Shown here: one piece after another, positions 1-10,166 of the stretch | Layout of the letters: each line of letters opens with the position of its first letter | Position numbering within the stretch: the first letter of the stretch is position 1 | From: a virus | Lineage: Duplodnaviria; Caudoviricetes | Strand: one strand, 5' to 3' | IMG/VR virus record: IMGVR_UViG_3300010162_000393 | Location: 72,865 to 136,864 of that record | DNA length: 64,000 nt | Position numbers and translations under genes: made by a program | Notes under the pieces: generated by a model | What the model was told of the DNA's origin: nothing | Databases searched by the model: none | The model's input: only the letters and a program-made list of their open reading frames with translations

Positions 1-617
1 TGACTATGAAAACATCTGGCATGTTCCTGTTTTTTTATATTTCCTATAAGACGACTTTTTGCAAGTAATAAAAACTCATCCTGTGGGTAAAAACCTATTT
101 CTTCTGCTATTTTCCAACTATAATATGGTGTAAAATATTTTTTACTTCCTGATATAGTGGACTGTGTCTTGAACACACAAAATCCACCAGGTTTCAAATA
201 TTTAAAAGCATTATATAAAAAGTGATAATAACTTTTGAATAATTCGTCAATAGGGTAATAACCTTGAAATCTCTTAACAATAATACAAGAATGTGGATCA
301 CCCATTTGTTCTTCTTTAACACTACCGGAACAAACAAATGGTAAATCAATGTTAATACTCTTCAATGAGTTTATTTCTAGTGGCCACTTTCCAAATGGTT
401 CAATTTTTTCAACACCTTCTACTATCGGATAAACATCAAACTTATATTTAGGTGGATTTAAATTAAATTCACCACCTTTATTATAATATCCGCCTTTTGA
501 ATATGTTGGATCGCACTCAAAATCTTCACCATTAAGATAAAGTTTTTGAATATTATACATAATCTCAAACTGATTTTCCGATATACTTTTAATAATATCT
601 TTGTATTCGACTCCCAT
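1..617 (-). CDS. Putative phage DNA methyltransferase (partial, runs off window start)
   Basis: Not in ORF track. Manual translation from ATG at 617 gives MGVEYKDIIKSISENQFEI...DPTYSKGGYY...IDLPF...LKPGGFCVFK...QEHARCFHS, open to position 1; SAM-dependent MTase-like motifs. Confidence 0.6.
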   Translation of the reverse strand, partial: MGVEYKDIIKSISENQFEIMYNIQKLYLNGEDFECDPTYSKGGYYNKGGEFNLNPPKYKFDVYPIVEGVEKIEPFGKWPLEINSLKSINIDLPFVCSGSVKEEQMGDPHSCIIVKRFQGYYPIDELFKSYYHFLYNAFKYLKPGGFCVFKTQSTISGSKKYFTPYYSWKIAEEIGFYPQDEFLLLAKSRLIGNIKKQEHARCFHS

Positions 618-1003
618 TACGTATTTGTTTCTTGAAGTTTTTCCATTAATGTTACCGCCAATTCCAAATGTTGTTCAACGTTGTGATTGAGAATGAAATT
701 TACATTAGCAACTCCGTCATCATAATCACATTTCTGTTTTATTTTAAGTTCGTAAATTGCGCGCTCATCTTGTGGTCGATAAGTATCTATATCATAGAAA
801 ATATCAAAATCCGGATTTACATTAGAAAGTTTATGTATAATATCTTCTAATTTTTCTGTAAAATCTTCGATAGAGATTAGTTTTAATTTTGCGACATACC
901 ATAAGTTTATTTGAATACGGTAATCACCTTCTTCCCACAAAGGTACTGTAATGAAATTTTCACTACAATATGGAATAATTTTTTGAATTAATTTTTGACA
1001 CAT
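617..1003 (-). CDS. Hypothetical protein
   Basis: 128-aa ORF whose stop overlaps the next start (TAATG). Confidence 0.6.
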   Translation of the reverse strand: MCQKLIQKIIPYCSENFITVPLWEEGDYRIQINLWYVAKLKLISIEDFTEKLEDIIHKLSNVNPDFDIFYDIDTYRPQDERAIYELKIKQKCDYDDGVANVNFILNHNVEQHLELAVTLMEKLQETNT

Positions 1004-1004
1004 A

Positions 1005-1184
1005 TTATTTTATTTTTTTAAAATTACAATTTTTACAATATAGGGTTTTGTTGTTATCGGTATTTATCATAAAACTACCACACAATGGACATTTTTCTCG
1101 TTTATACAAACTAAGTACAAAAAATACGCATAACATTGCTAATGATATACGAATAAGTACCGATATTATTGTTGCGGTGTTCAT
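1005..1184 (-). CDS. Small membrane-anchored zinc-ribbon protein (59 aa)
   Basis: Below ORF-track cutoff. MNTATIISVLIRISLAMLCVFFVLSLYKREKCPLCGS...YCKNCNFKKIK: hydrophobic helix plus two CxxC; start overlaps the dUTPase stop. Confidence 0.65.
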   Translation of the reverse strand: MNTATIISVLIRISLAMLCVFFVLSLYKREKCPLCGSFMINTDNNKTLYCKNCNFKKIK

Positions 1185-1858
1185 TAATTTTTACCTGTGT
1201 GACCAAAACCACCTGCACCACGTTGAGTATCCTCTGATAAACTATCAATCGGTACTAATTTAGTAAAAGACTCTCCAGACACGGGACATAAAACACCTTG
1301 TGCGATTCTATCACCATTACGTATTTTAAATGGTTCATAAGAATGGTTTGTTAAGATAACGCATACTTCACCTCTATAAGACACATCTATCGTTCCCGGT
1401 GAATTTAACACTCCAATACCATTTCTTAATGCTAATCCACTTCTCGGTCTTATTTGAACTTCAAACCCCTTTGGTATCTCCATATAAAGACCGGTGTGTA
1501 TCATTTTTACATCTCTTGGTTCCAGTGTAATGGTATTAGCATCCCCTGTTGGTTCAAAGTCTACTATCCATGCCCTAATATCAAAACCTGAATCGCCTTC
1601 GGTCGCATACGCGGGAAATGGGTTAGGTGATTTGTTCACTATCTTCAAAATGTTTTTACCATATTCTGATAACTCACCACCTCTTTTAATAATCTCCAAT
1701 CGTAAAAGTCTTTCGGTTTCATCATCTTCAAGATAGAAGAAATCTCCCCTACCAAACACATAGTTTTGGAGTAATTGGGAAAGACGCTGATCCGGATAAA
1801 TATTCCAAAGCGTTTTTACCTCACCTAATATTCTGTCTATTCTTTTTGGATCTCTCAT
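1184..1858 (-). CDS. dut: Trimeric dUTPase with an N-terminal extra domain
   Basis: Motifs GDSGFDI, RPRSGLA, GTIDVSYRGE, GDRIAQ, RGAGGFGHTG; about 65-aa N-terminal extension. Confidence 0.93.
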   Translation of the reverse strand: MRDPKRIDRILGEVKTLWNIYPDQRLSQLLQNYVFGRGDFFYLEDDETERLLRLEIIKRGGELSEYGKNILKIVNKSPNPFPAYATEGDSGFDIRAWIVDFEPTGDANTITLEPRDVKMIHTGLYMEIPKGFEVQIRPRSGLALRNGIGVLNSPGTIDVSYRGEVCVILTNHSYEPFKIRNGDRIAQGVLCPVSGESFTKLVPIDSLSEDTQRGAGGFGHTGKN

Positions 1859-2109
1859 TCGTCGTCAAAATTATCTTCGTCGTTATATTCAACATCAACA
1901 TCGCCGTATTTCATTATTTTGATAATGAAATCAATTGCGTCTATTTCACCATGTGTTAGGGAGATGTTTTTATCCTCAAACTGGATATCGTACCCTTCAC
2001 CATTCGTCCACTCTGTTACTTCTATGTAATCTCTCTCTTTTGAAAGAATACAAAAAGGTGCTAATTTAGAATGGATAGTTTTTCTTTTGTTTACTGTTAT
2101 TGTTACCAT
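1855..2109 (-). CDS. Hypothetical phage protein
   Basis: 84-aa ORF, IEVTEWTNGEGYDI motif, coupled to dut. Confidence 0.65.
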   Translation of the reverse strand: MVTITVNKRKTIHSKLAPFCILSKERDYIEVTEWTNGEGYDIQFEDKNISLTHGEIDAIDFIIKIMKYGDVDVEYNDEDNFDDE

Positions 2110-2114
2110 AATAT

Positions 2115-2984
2115 TTATTTTTTAATGTACATTATTTCTTCAACCTCAACTTGTTTTCCATTTAATCTGGAATACGAACTGTTTTTCTTTTCTAAATTTA
2201 CAATATTTACCCCATTTAATGAAATTTTATTTGCCTTATTTTCGCCCCTATCACCATCAAACGTTAATGCGTAATCACATTTTAGATTATTACAATATTC
2301 AATTAATTCATTTGTGTTTATTCCACCATGATACATACTCTTTTTCCCTTTGCTGTTTCCAACAGACGAATACGGAGGATCCATAAATACAAAATCATTA
2401 TAATCTGGTATGAAATCTTTATAATCTCCACATAAGAATAACACATTATATTCATTCAATAATTCCGATGCTTTAATTATTATTTTTTTCATTTTATCAG
2501 GGTGAATACCGGGTCTGGTAAAATGACATGAAGAATTGTAAACACCTGAACTATTGTATCTTACCAACCCAGAAAAGGAAGTTCTCAAAAGAAATAGAAA
2601 GTAAATAGAATTTGTTAAATTGGAGTGTAATTTACTGTTAAATTCATTCCTAATATAATTAAAATAAAATTTACGATGTCCTTCAATAGTTTCTTCTTGA
2701 CGTTGTTTGAAATCTTTCCACAACCTTTCATATCCACCTATCAATAAATTAGGTGTTCTTTTAATATAATTCCACAAGTGCATTAAATCTTCGTTGTTAT
2801 CAACACAAATTATATTTTCATACTCACGAGCTTTATCAGGATATTTTAATATTAGTTCTAATGTGATTGAACAACCACCACAGAACAATTCATAAAATTT
2901 ACCTGTTTTTCCTTCTGGAAAATGTGATATTATTTGATTTGCGAGAAGGCGTTTGCTTCCACTCCACTTAATCGGGTTTTCCAT
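2115..2984 (-). CDS. dam: Dam-family (D12) DNA adenine methyltransferase
   Basis: PIKWSGSK, ELFCGGCS, RYNSSGVYN, FMDPPY. Confidence 0.85.
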   Translation of the reverse strand: MENPIKWSGSKRLLANQIISHFPEGKTGKFYELFCGGCSITLELILKYPDKAREYENIICVDNNEDLMHLWNYIKRTPNLLIGGYERLWKDFKQRQEETIEGHRKFYFNYIRNEFNSKLHSNLTNSIYFLFLLRTSFSGLVRYNSSGVYNSSCHFTRPGIHPDKMKKIIIKASELLNEYNVLFLCGDYKDFIPDYNDFVFMDPPYSSVGNSKGKKSMYHGGINTNELIEYCNNLKCDYALTFDGDRGENKANKISLNGVNIVNLEKKNSSYSRLNGKQVEVEEIMYIKK

Positions 2985-3026
2985 TATAAATAATTTTTGT
3001 AGTAAATCTACAAAAAAACATCTTAT

Positions 3027-4166
3027 TTACCGAATGGAACGATTGTATACATATAAATAATTGCGAAGATCATATAATTTTTTCAATCTATCTGTTCTTC
3101 TAATCACCTTAAAAATAATATTCATAGAGTCGTTTTCTCCACCACGCTTAATACCCTCTTTCCTCATACCTTTAATTTTTGTCCACAGTTTATTACATTT
3201 TTGTGTTAAATGTAACATCTTTTCGTCGTTTTCTTCGGATTTAAATTGTTCAAATTCTTCACAGTATTTGTCAATGATATTAATAAATTTTGCCGATTTG
3301 GTTTTTATTAACGCTTTTTGGTATGTAATTGGTTCCGGTTTTGTTGGTTGTTGTATCCATGTATTTGATTCTAACGAATATCTTCCATTACTTTCTGCCG
3401 GATTTGAAATATCCTCAACATATAATTCAACATCATATCCATATATTCTTATTTTTTTGGTTTCATTCCATATTGTTTTTTTACTGTCAACATATTCTCT
3501 TACGAAATTTGTTCTTTTGTCAATATCATTGAAATCATAAATAATATGTAAATCTACGTCAGAATATTTTGACCAATTGTATCCTACAATACTTCCTACA
3601 ATATGAATATCCTTTGGATTAGCGAATGGTAGGTTAAGTTCATCTGTAAAATCATCAGCAACCTCTAACAAACGAAGTCTTGTTCTTTTCAATAACTTTT
3701 CACCATCCGGGAAAAATCTTGGATTCAATTCTGATTTTGGTTGAAATGAATTGAGATTAATTTGTGAAGCATCAACGGTTTCTTCGTAATTATTTTCAAC
3801 TAATAGTTTTGTTGCTGATCTTGTTTCACCCTCAAAAAGTTTTATAAACATTCGTTTTATTTTTCTCTCAAAGTTGTTATTCAGTAATTTGTAAGTTATT
3901 TCTAATTGTGGTCCATCAATATTATCCGTATTGACTTTTTCGTCTTTATCCAAGACACCAACTTTAAGTAAATATTCTATCATCTTATTTTTAGAAAACC
4001 CTCGTGATTTCCAAAATTCTCCGATATTACTTTTTACAGGATGATCTAATAATGACCTTAAAAATGTTTGGATTTCGTTCTTAAATTCATAGAACGTTAC
4101 CTCATTGGATTCCTCTTTCAGAATCATGTTCAACTGTTTTTCGGATATTATTACTTTTTTTGCCAT
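3027..4166 (-). CDS. Pol-beta superfamily nucleotidyltransferase with N-terminal extension; late-promoter driven
   Basis: VGSIVGYNWSKYSDVDLH (GS...DxD) and DVELYVED third acidic residue; CTATTTATA upstream on minus strand. Confidence 0.75.
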   Translation of the reverse strand: MAKKVIISEKQLNMILKEESNEVTFYEFKNEIQTFLRSLLDHPVKSNIGEFWKSRGFSKNKMIEYLLKVGVLDKDEKVNTDNIDGPQLEITYKLLNNNFERKIKRMFIKLFEGETRSATKLLVENNYEETVDASQINLNSFQPKSELNPRFFPDGEKLLKRTRLRLLEVADDFTDELNLPFANPKDIHIVGSIVGYNWSKYSDVDLHIIYDFNDIDKRTNFVREYVDSKKTIWNETKKIRIYGYDVELYVEDISNPAESNGRYSLESNTWIQQPTKPEPITYQKALIKTKSAKFINIIDKYCEEFEQFKSEENDEKMLHLTQKCNKLWTKIKGMRKEGIKRGGENDSMNIIFKVIRRTDRLKKLYDLRNYLYVYNRSIR

Positions 4167-4179
4167 TGTTTCACTTTCC

Positions 4180-4188
4180 TATAAATAG
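4180..4188 (-). promoter_or_regulatory. Late promoter motif CTATTTATA
   Basis: Reverse complement of tataaatag, just upstream of the 4166 ATG. Confidence 0.7.
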
Positions 4189-4207
4189 TTAAATTTAAAA
4201 ATCGCCA

Positions 4208-4216
4208 CTATTTATA
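4208..4216 (+). promoter_or_regulatory. Late promoter motif CTATTTATA
   Basis: Recurrent motif, upstream of the 4235 ATG. Confidence 0.7.
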
Positions 4217-4234
4217 ACAAAATACATTAATTTT

Positions 4235-4621
4235 ATGTCAAAATCAAATTTGAAAGAATACATAGATAATACGGTTAAGGATTTGTTGAAGGAAAATAAA
4301 AACTCTGTCAAACCCAGTATTATAGCAGAAAATATTCATTCAATGAAAGAAAATTACAGGTTGCTTCGCGAATATGTTGAATACGCAAATGAAGGTGAAT
4401 ATGATGGGGATGTTATGTTGGATAATGAAATATCTGATATTGATTCCAATGAACCTGAAATTAATAAATTCATTGAGAATATTAAATCGGAGGCGCTGGA
4501 TGCTATGGCACAACTGTCAAAAAATGGTGAGAGTGGTAGTGAAACATTTAATACACTTAAAAAGGTGTTTGATGTTTGTCATAACACACAGAAAAAAGAA
4601 AAAGAAGGTAAAGTAGAATAA
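4235..4621 (+). CDS. Putative virion internal/head protein
   Basis: Late motif upstream; acidic, several L/I-x-E putative prohead-protease sites. Confidence 0.55.
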   Translation: MSKSNLKEYIDNTVKDLLKENKNSVKPSIIAENIHSMKENYRLLREYVEYANEGEYDGDVMLDNEISDIDSNEPEINKFIENIKSEALDAMAQLSKNGESGSETFNTLKKVFDVCHNTQKKEKEGKVE

Positions 4622-4630
4622 GAAAAAGTT

Positions 4631-4639
4631 CTATTTATT
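4631..4639 (+). promoter_or_regulatory. Late promoter motif CTATTTATT
   Basis: Upstream of the 4672 ATG. Confidence 0.65.
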
Positions 4640-4671
4640 ATTAAAATAAATGACAATAAAAAATAAATAAT

Positions 4672-6138
4672 ATGAACCAATATAAAGTATATTGTATCAA
4701 CGAACAAAGAGGTTTAATTATTAAAGGATTTAATACGGATGATAAATCAAAAATAAAAAACGAAGTAAAATCTTACTTATCCAAAGTATATCCTGGTAGA
4801 AAGTTAAACGAAAATATTGTCGTAACATCAAACCCGCAAGGATACGGATTAAATCCAAAAGATCGTTCTTCATGGATAAACATGGAAAAAGAAATGAAAA
4901 ATGAATCTATTGTAAGGTATTTTACTGACAAGATATACGAATCTATGGTTGAAGGTGGGTATTTGTCTGATAAATTAAACCAAAAATATAATGTTTTACC
5001 CAGAGAAGTAACAGAAAAAAGAAAAGATTTTGAGAGGGCATTAACCAGTTGGTTAAAAGATCAAGATCAAAATCTTGGTACCGAAGAATTGGCGGCAAGA
5101 GTTAAAGCAAAAATAGATGAAATAATTGCCGAAGAAGAAGTAGAAGACGGTGAAGAAGAAATGCCTAGACTTACAAGTGGTGATATGAAAAATTTCAGAG
5201 AAAGTGTTCAAAAAATGGTTAGTCAAAATATCAATGAACTTTTAACTGAATCATATACCCAAGCAATCAATGAAAAATTTGGTGATAGGGTTGGAACTGG
5301 TATAAGAAACATGTTCAGTTGGGGTGGTAAGGGAACTATACCCCCTAAAACATATGAAGCGGCAAGAGAATTTGGTAGAGCATGGGCATCGTTTAAAGGG
5401 GCGTGGGAAAAATGGGCTCCGCTTTTGGGTCATAATCCTCATCAACCAGACGCGACACTTGCTAGTAAATTGCCGGTTGTTGAAAAAAGTATTCAAAAAG
5501 TGTTACCAAGACTTGAAGGTGTTGCTGATATTACAAGACCAAGGAGGCCAGAATTAATTGGAAAACATTTTGTGTCAAACAAAAACTATCAAGCGAATGT
5601 AGAAGCGCAAGCTCAAATATTGTCTCAACAACAAATTGATATGGCAAATCAAGAAGTCACTAGTTTACAAAAAGAATTAGATGTTTTAGAACAACAATAT
5701 TCCCAAAGTCAAAATCAAAATCGGCAAAGTAAACTGCGTATTGCCGCTTTAGAAAAGGATGTAAATACTTATACACAAAAAATTACTGAATTAGAGGCAG
5801 GTAAAGAAATTGATGAAAAAACAATTAAATTCCTTGAATCTTATTCTGCCTCTATAGTGGCGAAACTAGATGAACTAAAAAAAGATCAAAGTATTAATCA
5901 GAATCTTATATCAAGTTTAGAAAAAAGACTTAAAACAGTGACCGGATTATTTACAAAAGCACAAACAGCAAAAAGAGATTATAAAAAACAACGTGATGTT
6001 GCCACAGGACAAGTAAATGATCTTACTGGGAAACTTGACGCTAAAGACGCAGAACTACAAAAAGAAAAGGGTTTACGAGGGAAAGCAGAAGCAGATTTAG
6101 ATGCTCATTATAAAATTGCTGATTTTAATCCAACTTAA
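4672..6138 (+). CDS. Coiled-coil putative virion internal protein
   Basis: 488 aa, long C-terminal heptad region, INE/LTE/LNE motifs, segment similar to the 63443 ORF. Confidence 0.55.
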   Translation: MNQYKVYCINEQRGLIIKGFNTDDKSKIKNEVKSYLSKVYPGRKLNENIVVTSNPQGYGLNPKDRSSWINMEKEMKNESIVRYFTDKIYESMVEGGYLSDKLNQKYNVLPREVTEKRKDFERALTSWLKDQDQNLGTEELAARVKAKIDEIIAEEEVEDGEEEMPRLTSGDMKNFRESVQKMVSQNINELLTESYTQAINEKFGDRVGTGIRNMFSWGGKGTIPPKTYEAAREFGRAWASFKGAWEKWAPLLGHNPHQPDATLASKLPVVEKSIQKVLPRLEGVADITRPRRPELIGKHFVSNKNYQANVEAQAQILSQQQIDMANQEVTSLQKELDVLEQQYSQSQNQNRQSKLRIAALEKDVNTYTQKITELEAGKEIDEKTIKFLESYSASIVAKLDELKKDQSINQNLISSLEKRLKTVTGLFTKAQTAKRDYKKQRDVATGQVNDLTGKLDAKDAELQKEKGLRGKAEADLDAHYKIADFNPT

Positions 6139-6143
6139 CCAAC

Positions 6144-6671
6144 TCATGTAAAATTGATATGAATAAGTGGGGCAAGGTCTTTTGAGATTATTGCCCCATT
6201 TTCTATATCAAATGATATCAATGTGTTTTCTTTATCATTTTCGTTCCAAAAGTTTAACATACCCTTATAACAATGGTGAAAACTTCCAGATTCATCTTCT
6301 ACGAGTTCTTCGGTAGAAGACCAAGAATCATATATTGGTGGTATTAAAATTCTCTTTTCAAGATCACGTTTATTCATATATCGTTGAATAAGACCAAACT
6401 TTCCTATATCCGTTTTAAAGTAGTTATTCCAATATATATCGTATTTCTCACATAATTTAGAAACCTTTTCCTCAACAGGCATTGTATAACCACTAAACGG
6501 ACCGTTGTAATTATCTTCGGATAACTGTCTTCTATATTCTTCAGACATATCACAACCGCGAATAACATTTACAGAGTAAATATTTCGATCCCCCAAACAA
6601 ATCGAATTTTCGGTGTGGTAAATCCAATAATTACCATCCACATCTTTCATCTTATATCTATTAACAATCAT
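6144..6671 (-). CDS. Hypothetical protein
   Basis: 175-aa ORF with TGATCAGAAAAT motif upstream. Confidence 0.65.
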   Translation of the reverse strand: MIVNRYKMKDVDGNYWIYHTENSICLGDRNIYSVNVIRGCDMSEEYRRQLSEDNYNGPFSGYTMPVEEKVSKLCEKYDIYWNNYFKTDIGKFGLIQRYMNKRDLEKRILIPPIYDSWSSTEELVEDESGSFHHCYKGMLNFWNENDKENTLISFDIENGAIISKDLAPLIHINFT

Positions 6672-6715
6672 TTTTTTAATTTTTTAATATTTTAGTGAAA
6701 TATACATTCTATATA

Positions 6716-6727
6716 ATTTTCTGATCA
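6716..6727 (-). promoter_or_regulatory. TGATCAGAAAAT motif (candidate early/middle promoter -35-like box)
   Basis: Recurs before six minus-strand genes; here TGATCA-17 bp-TATATT. Confidence 0.55.
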
Positions 6728-6728
6728 C

Positions 6729-6737
6729 CTATTTATA
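6729..6737 (+). promoter_or_regulatory. Late promoter motif CTATTTATA
   Basis: Upstream of the 6753 ATG. Confidence 0.7.
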
Positions 6738-6752
6738 GAAAATACTATTTTA

Positions 6753-8003
6753 ATGCAAACATTCGTTAATGGTGGTAAAAACAATATAAACCCAACACGC
6801 GGAGATTTTCCGCGCAGTTATGGTGATACATGGAAAAAACTATTGACTCTTGAAGCATTTCTTGACCAAGCAAATAACCCAAAACTTATGTCTTTGGAAG
6901 ATATAGATGCGAGTTTCAAGGAATGGGTTGAGCGTAATTTAGAAATAACATATGCCGGACAACTTATACCAACACAATTTTTATTATCAATACAAAGATT
7001 AAGTGAGTTCGGAAAAAACTGGAAGATAACAAATAATGAAGGGGAATTAATACTATCATTCAAAACAATATCCAGAGAATTGGCACCACAACAAGGTACA
7101 ATGTATGATAAGATATATAACATACCTGGAGAACCAACGTGGCCGGTATGTTATATACCTATTATTGAAAATGGTATTGAGGGATATGATGTTATTTCAA
7201 TGAAACAACCAAACCAGGTTGATCTTAAATACACTGTATCTATTTTTAGTACTAAAATGGATACTGTTAATAAGTTTAATACATTGGTTATTGATAGATT
7301 CAAATCATTGCAAGCATATTTAAGGGTTAGGGATACATATTATGTTTCAATGGTATTAGAAAAGGTTAGCGATGAAACTAAAATGGAAATAGAAGAAAGG
7401 CGTTATTATGTTCAAAATTATGAAATACTTGTCAAAGCATATTTGTTACAAGAATCAGATTTTAAAAGAGAACGTCTTCAAAACAGAGTATTGGTTTCGG
7501 TTGATACGGAGGCAAAGTTTAAACCATGTGCTACAATTATGGAAGATGATTGTTGTCCCGGTGCAATAGTTTTAACCATTGATTTTCCGCTTGAATCTAA
7601 AAGTTATGTAAAATTCAGAATAGACGAAAATGTATATATTAAATCTGTTTCAAGTGATAATATTCGTTCATTTTCATTGAAACGAAATGATGAACCAGTA
7701 CATAATGCCTGTGTTGGCGGATTTGATTTACGTGAAAATGATAGAGTAGAAATTCATTTTAAAAAATGGGATAATTATCTACCTGCAAGAATTAGATTTA
7801 GTGGTCAAATCGTTTGTTGTGAAGAACCAAAAAGCGTTTTTGATTGTACTATACCTGAAATAGAAGGTGAGGATATAATATTTGAGGAAGCTGATCCATG
7901 TATTTTACCAGAAATAGATAGTGATGAAATATCATTTGATTATATTGACCCATGTATTGTTCCGGAAATATTATCTAATTCAGTTTCTTTTGTATTATCG
8001 TGA
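6753..8003 (+). CDS. Putative tail completion/sheath terminator (T4 gp15-like) with C-terminal extension
   Basis: Late motif; QPNQVDLKYTVSIF...ERRYYVQNYEILVKAYL pattern typical of tail-terminator proteins; C-terminal DPCIxPEI repeats. Confidence 0.5.
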   Translation: MQTFVNGGKNNINPTRGDFPRSYGDTWKKLLTLEAFLDQANNPKLMSLEDIDASFKEWVERNLEITYAGQLIPTQFLLSIQRLSEFGKNWKITNNEGELILSFKTISRELAPQQGTMYDKIYNIPGEPTWPVCYIPIIENGIEGYDVISMKQPNQVDLKYTVSIFSTKMDTVNKFNTLVIDRFKSLQAYLRVRDTYYVSMVLEKVSDETKMEIEERRYYVQNYEILVKAYLLQESDFKRERLQNRVLVSVDTEAKFKPCATIMEDDCCPGAIVLTIDFPLESKSYVKFRIDENVYIKSVSSDNIRSFSLKRNDEPVHNACVGGFDLRENDRVEIHFKKWDNYLPARIRFSGQIVCCEEPKSVFDCTIPEIEGEDIIFEEADPCILPEIDSDEISFDYIDPCIVPEILSNSVSFVLS

Positions 8004-10156
8004 ATCAGTTTATTTAACTTTTTCGTATACCCATAATCAACCTTTTCATTTACACTTATCAGTTTACTAACATCTATATTTGAATATTTACGGATATATT
8101 CCTTTAATTTAGATTGAGATATGGATGTATGTTTAGTTAAATATTTACCGATTTGTAATAAAAGAGTTATGTGATTAGATAGTATTAAAATGGTGTTATC
8201 CATAATATTTCTCAACTCTTCATTTACATCTTGTTGGATAGTATAATTTTCATATTCCTTTAATAAAGTATCGTCATCAGATGCTAATGTTGTAACGCCT
8301 AAATTATATCTTAATCCATATTTTCTGTATGATTCAACAATCAAAGAGGTTGCTTCTTCCAAGTCGTTAGATGCACCAACACTAACTAAAGCATCTTCAA
8401 AAACAATACTTTCTGCTGCCATACCGGCAAGTAAAACACTAACCTTTTTAATTATAATTTCTTTATTTATAATACCATCTTCTTCTGATCCTTGAACTGT
8501 TATACCAATAGAAGTTGGGTCACTGGTAACAGATAGAACTTGTAGTGGGAGTTTGTTGAAAAGTGCAATAGACGCAACAGTATGTCCTGCTTCATGTACG
8601 GCAGTGAGGGTTTGTAAATCGTTTCCTTTGTTATTTCTCAAACTCTCTAAACGCAAATGAATTTTATGTTCGGTAGAGTCACATAAAACACCTTCCTTAT
8701 AAAAATAAACTATTATTTTTTTATTCTTATACGAATATTCAATAGTATCACAATCTATGTTATTTGAACTTTTATATAATAATGTGTTTGCAAAATTAGA
8801 TTTTATTAAGTCATTAATACCGGTTTGTAACGGTCTAACACCTAACACAGGAAATACATTCTCTTTGTACACAATAGTATGTATTGAATCATCATATTTC
8901 AAATTTACATTATATACTTCTTTAATATAATTTGAATAATTATTAAGAATATTTTTAATAATAGTTTTATATGATTTTGAATCTAATGATGGGTAAATAA
9001 TGAACGTATTACCTAACCTTGATACATGTTCTGCCCTGTATCTATTCATTAATGCCTCTTTTATTTCGACAATAGTGATTTTTTTAGATATTTTTGAAAA
9101 TTCATCGGCAGATATATCAGCATTGAAGTCGGAGTGCATTCCGTGATACGCCTCATCAAGATTTAGTAGAACAAATATTAAACTTCGTTTATAATTTATT
9201 TGTGGTTTTTTTAATCCATCTATAATATCAGTACGAATTGTAGTTAGAAAATCTATCATATCTCCTATTAACATTTCTGACATATCGTCATATAATCTAT
9301 TAAGATCAATAATTTTATCTAAACCATACAATTTTATGATATTACCAATTTCAGTAATAAATTCATGTTTGAATGTATATGTATAGTTGTTATTAATAGG
9401 GTTTGATTTAAGATTGAACACACCTAATAAATCTAACATAACTTCATCAGATACTGTTACAACCATCTTGGTTTCGTTGGTTTCTACTAATATTGATTTG
9501 TTAACGTCTTTACAATTTTCGGCATAGTTATGAATATCTTCAAGAAGTTTATATTCTTCTTCGGTTAGAGTAAATGATAAGTTTTTATATGTTCTGTTTT
9601 TCAAATACAAAATTGCCTTTAATACCCTAATAGCAGCAGACACACCATCATTATTATAACCGCTCTCAATTTTTCCCTCATATTTTAATAACCCGGTATC
9701 CATGAATAACCATAAACTGGAATTATATGAATCTATTTCCCCATCTTTATCTTTTGCTTTATAGTTTTGAAACTCATCCAAAATAATTATTGGGTGGTCA
9801 ATAAGTCTATTATGGTCATAAAGTAAAAACTTCAATGGGGTTTCGCTATTTAATTCGGAACCATTAACAGTATGAGCATGAAATTCTAATCCTAATAAGG
9901 ATATTAGTCTGTTAACCAGTGCTGTTTTACCACAGCCGGTTAATCCAACTAAATTAATTACTAATGGTTTTTCCAACGAATCTTTAAAAAACAACCATGG
10001 TTTAACAGCGTTGATTAACTCATCAATTTGTTTGTCAATGCCGATAAATTCAGATTTTAATACACCGGATATTTCTGTAAGTTGTTCACTTGTGGTTACT
10101 ATTTCAAACTTTTTTTTACTATTAATAAAATCTTTAATATCCTTTGTCTTTATCAT
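7940..10156 (-). CDS. AAA+ ATPase fused to FtsH-type M41 zinc peptidase
   Basis: Walker A GLTGCGKT, Walker B IILDE, LGVRP; HEAGH zinc motif, AGMAAE, GASNDL. Confidence 0.85.
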   Translation of the reverse strand: MIKTKDIKDFINSKKKFEIVTTSEQLTEISGVLKSEFIGIDKQIDELINAVKPWLFFKDSLEKPLVINLVGLTGCGKTALVNRLISLLGLEFHAHTVNGSELNSETPLKFLLYDHNRLIDHPIIILDEFQNYKAKDKDGEIDSYNSSLWLFMDTGLLKYEGKIESGYNNDGVSAAIRVLKAILYLKNRTYKNLSFTLTEEEYKLLEDIHNYAENCKDVNKSILVETNETKMVVTVSDEVMLDLLGVFNLKSNPINNNYTYTFKHEFITEIGNIIKLYGLDKIIDLNRLYDDMSEMLIGDMIDFLTTIRTDIIDGLKKPQINYKRSLIFVLLNLDEAYHGMHSDFNADISADEFSKISKKITIVEIKEALMNRYRAEHVSRLGNTFIIYPSLDSKSYKTIIKNILNNYSNYIKEVYNVNLKYDDSIHTIVYKENVFPVLGVRPLQTGINDLIKSNFANTLLYKSSNNIDCDTIEYSYKNKKIIVYFYKEGVLCDSTEHKIHLRLESLRNNKGNDLQTLTAVHEAGHTVASIALFNKLPLQVLSVTSDPTSIGITVQGSEEDGIINKEIIIKKVSVLLAGMAAESIVFEDALVSVGASNDLEEATSLIVESYRKYGLRYNLGVTTLASDDDTLLKEYENYTIQQDVNEELRNIMDNTILILSNHITLLLQIGKYLTKHTSISQSKLKEYIRKYSNIDVSKLISVNEKVDYGYTKKLNKLIHDNTKETELDNISGTIHGSI

Positions 10157-10166
10157 ACATTCTTTT

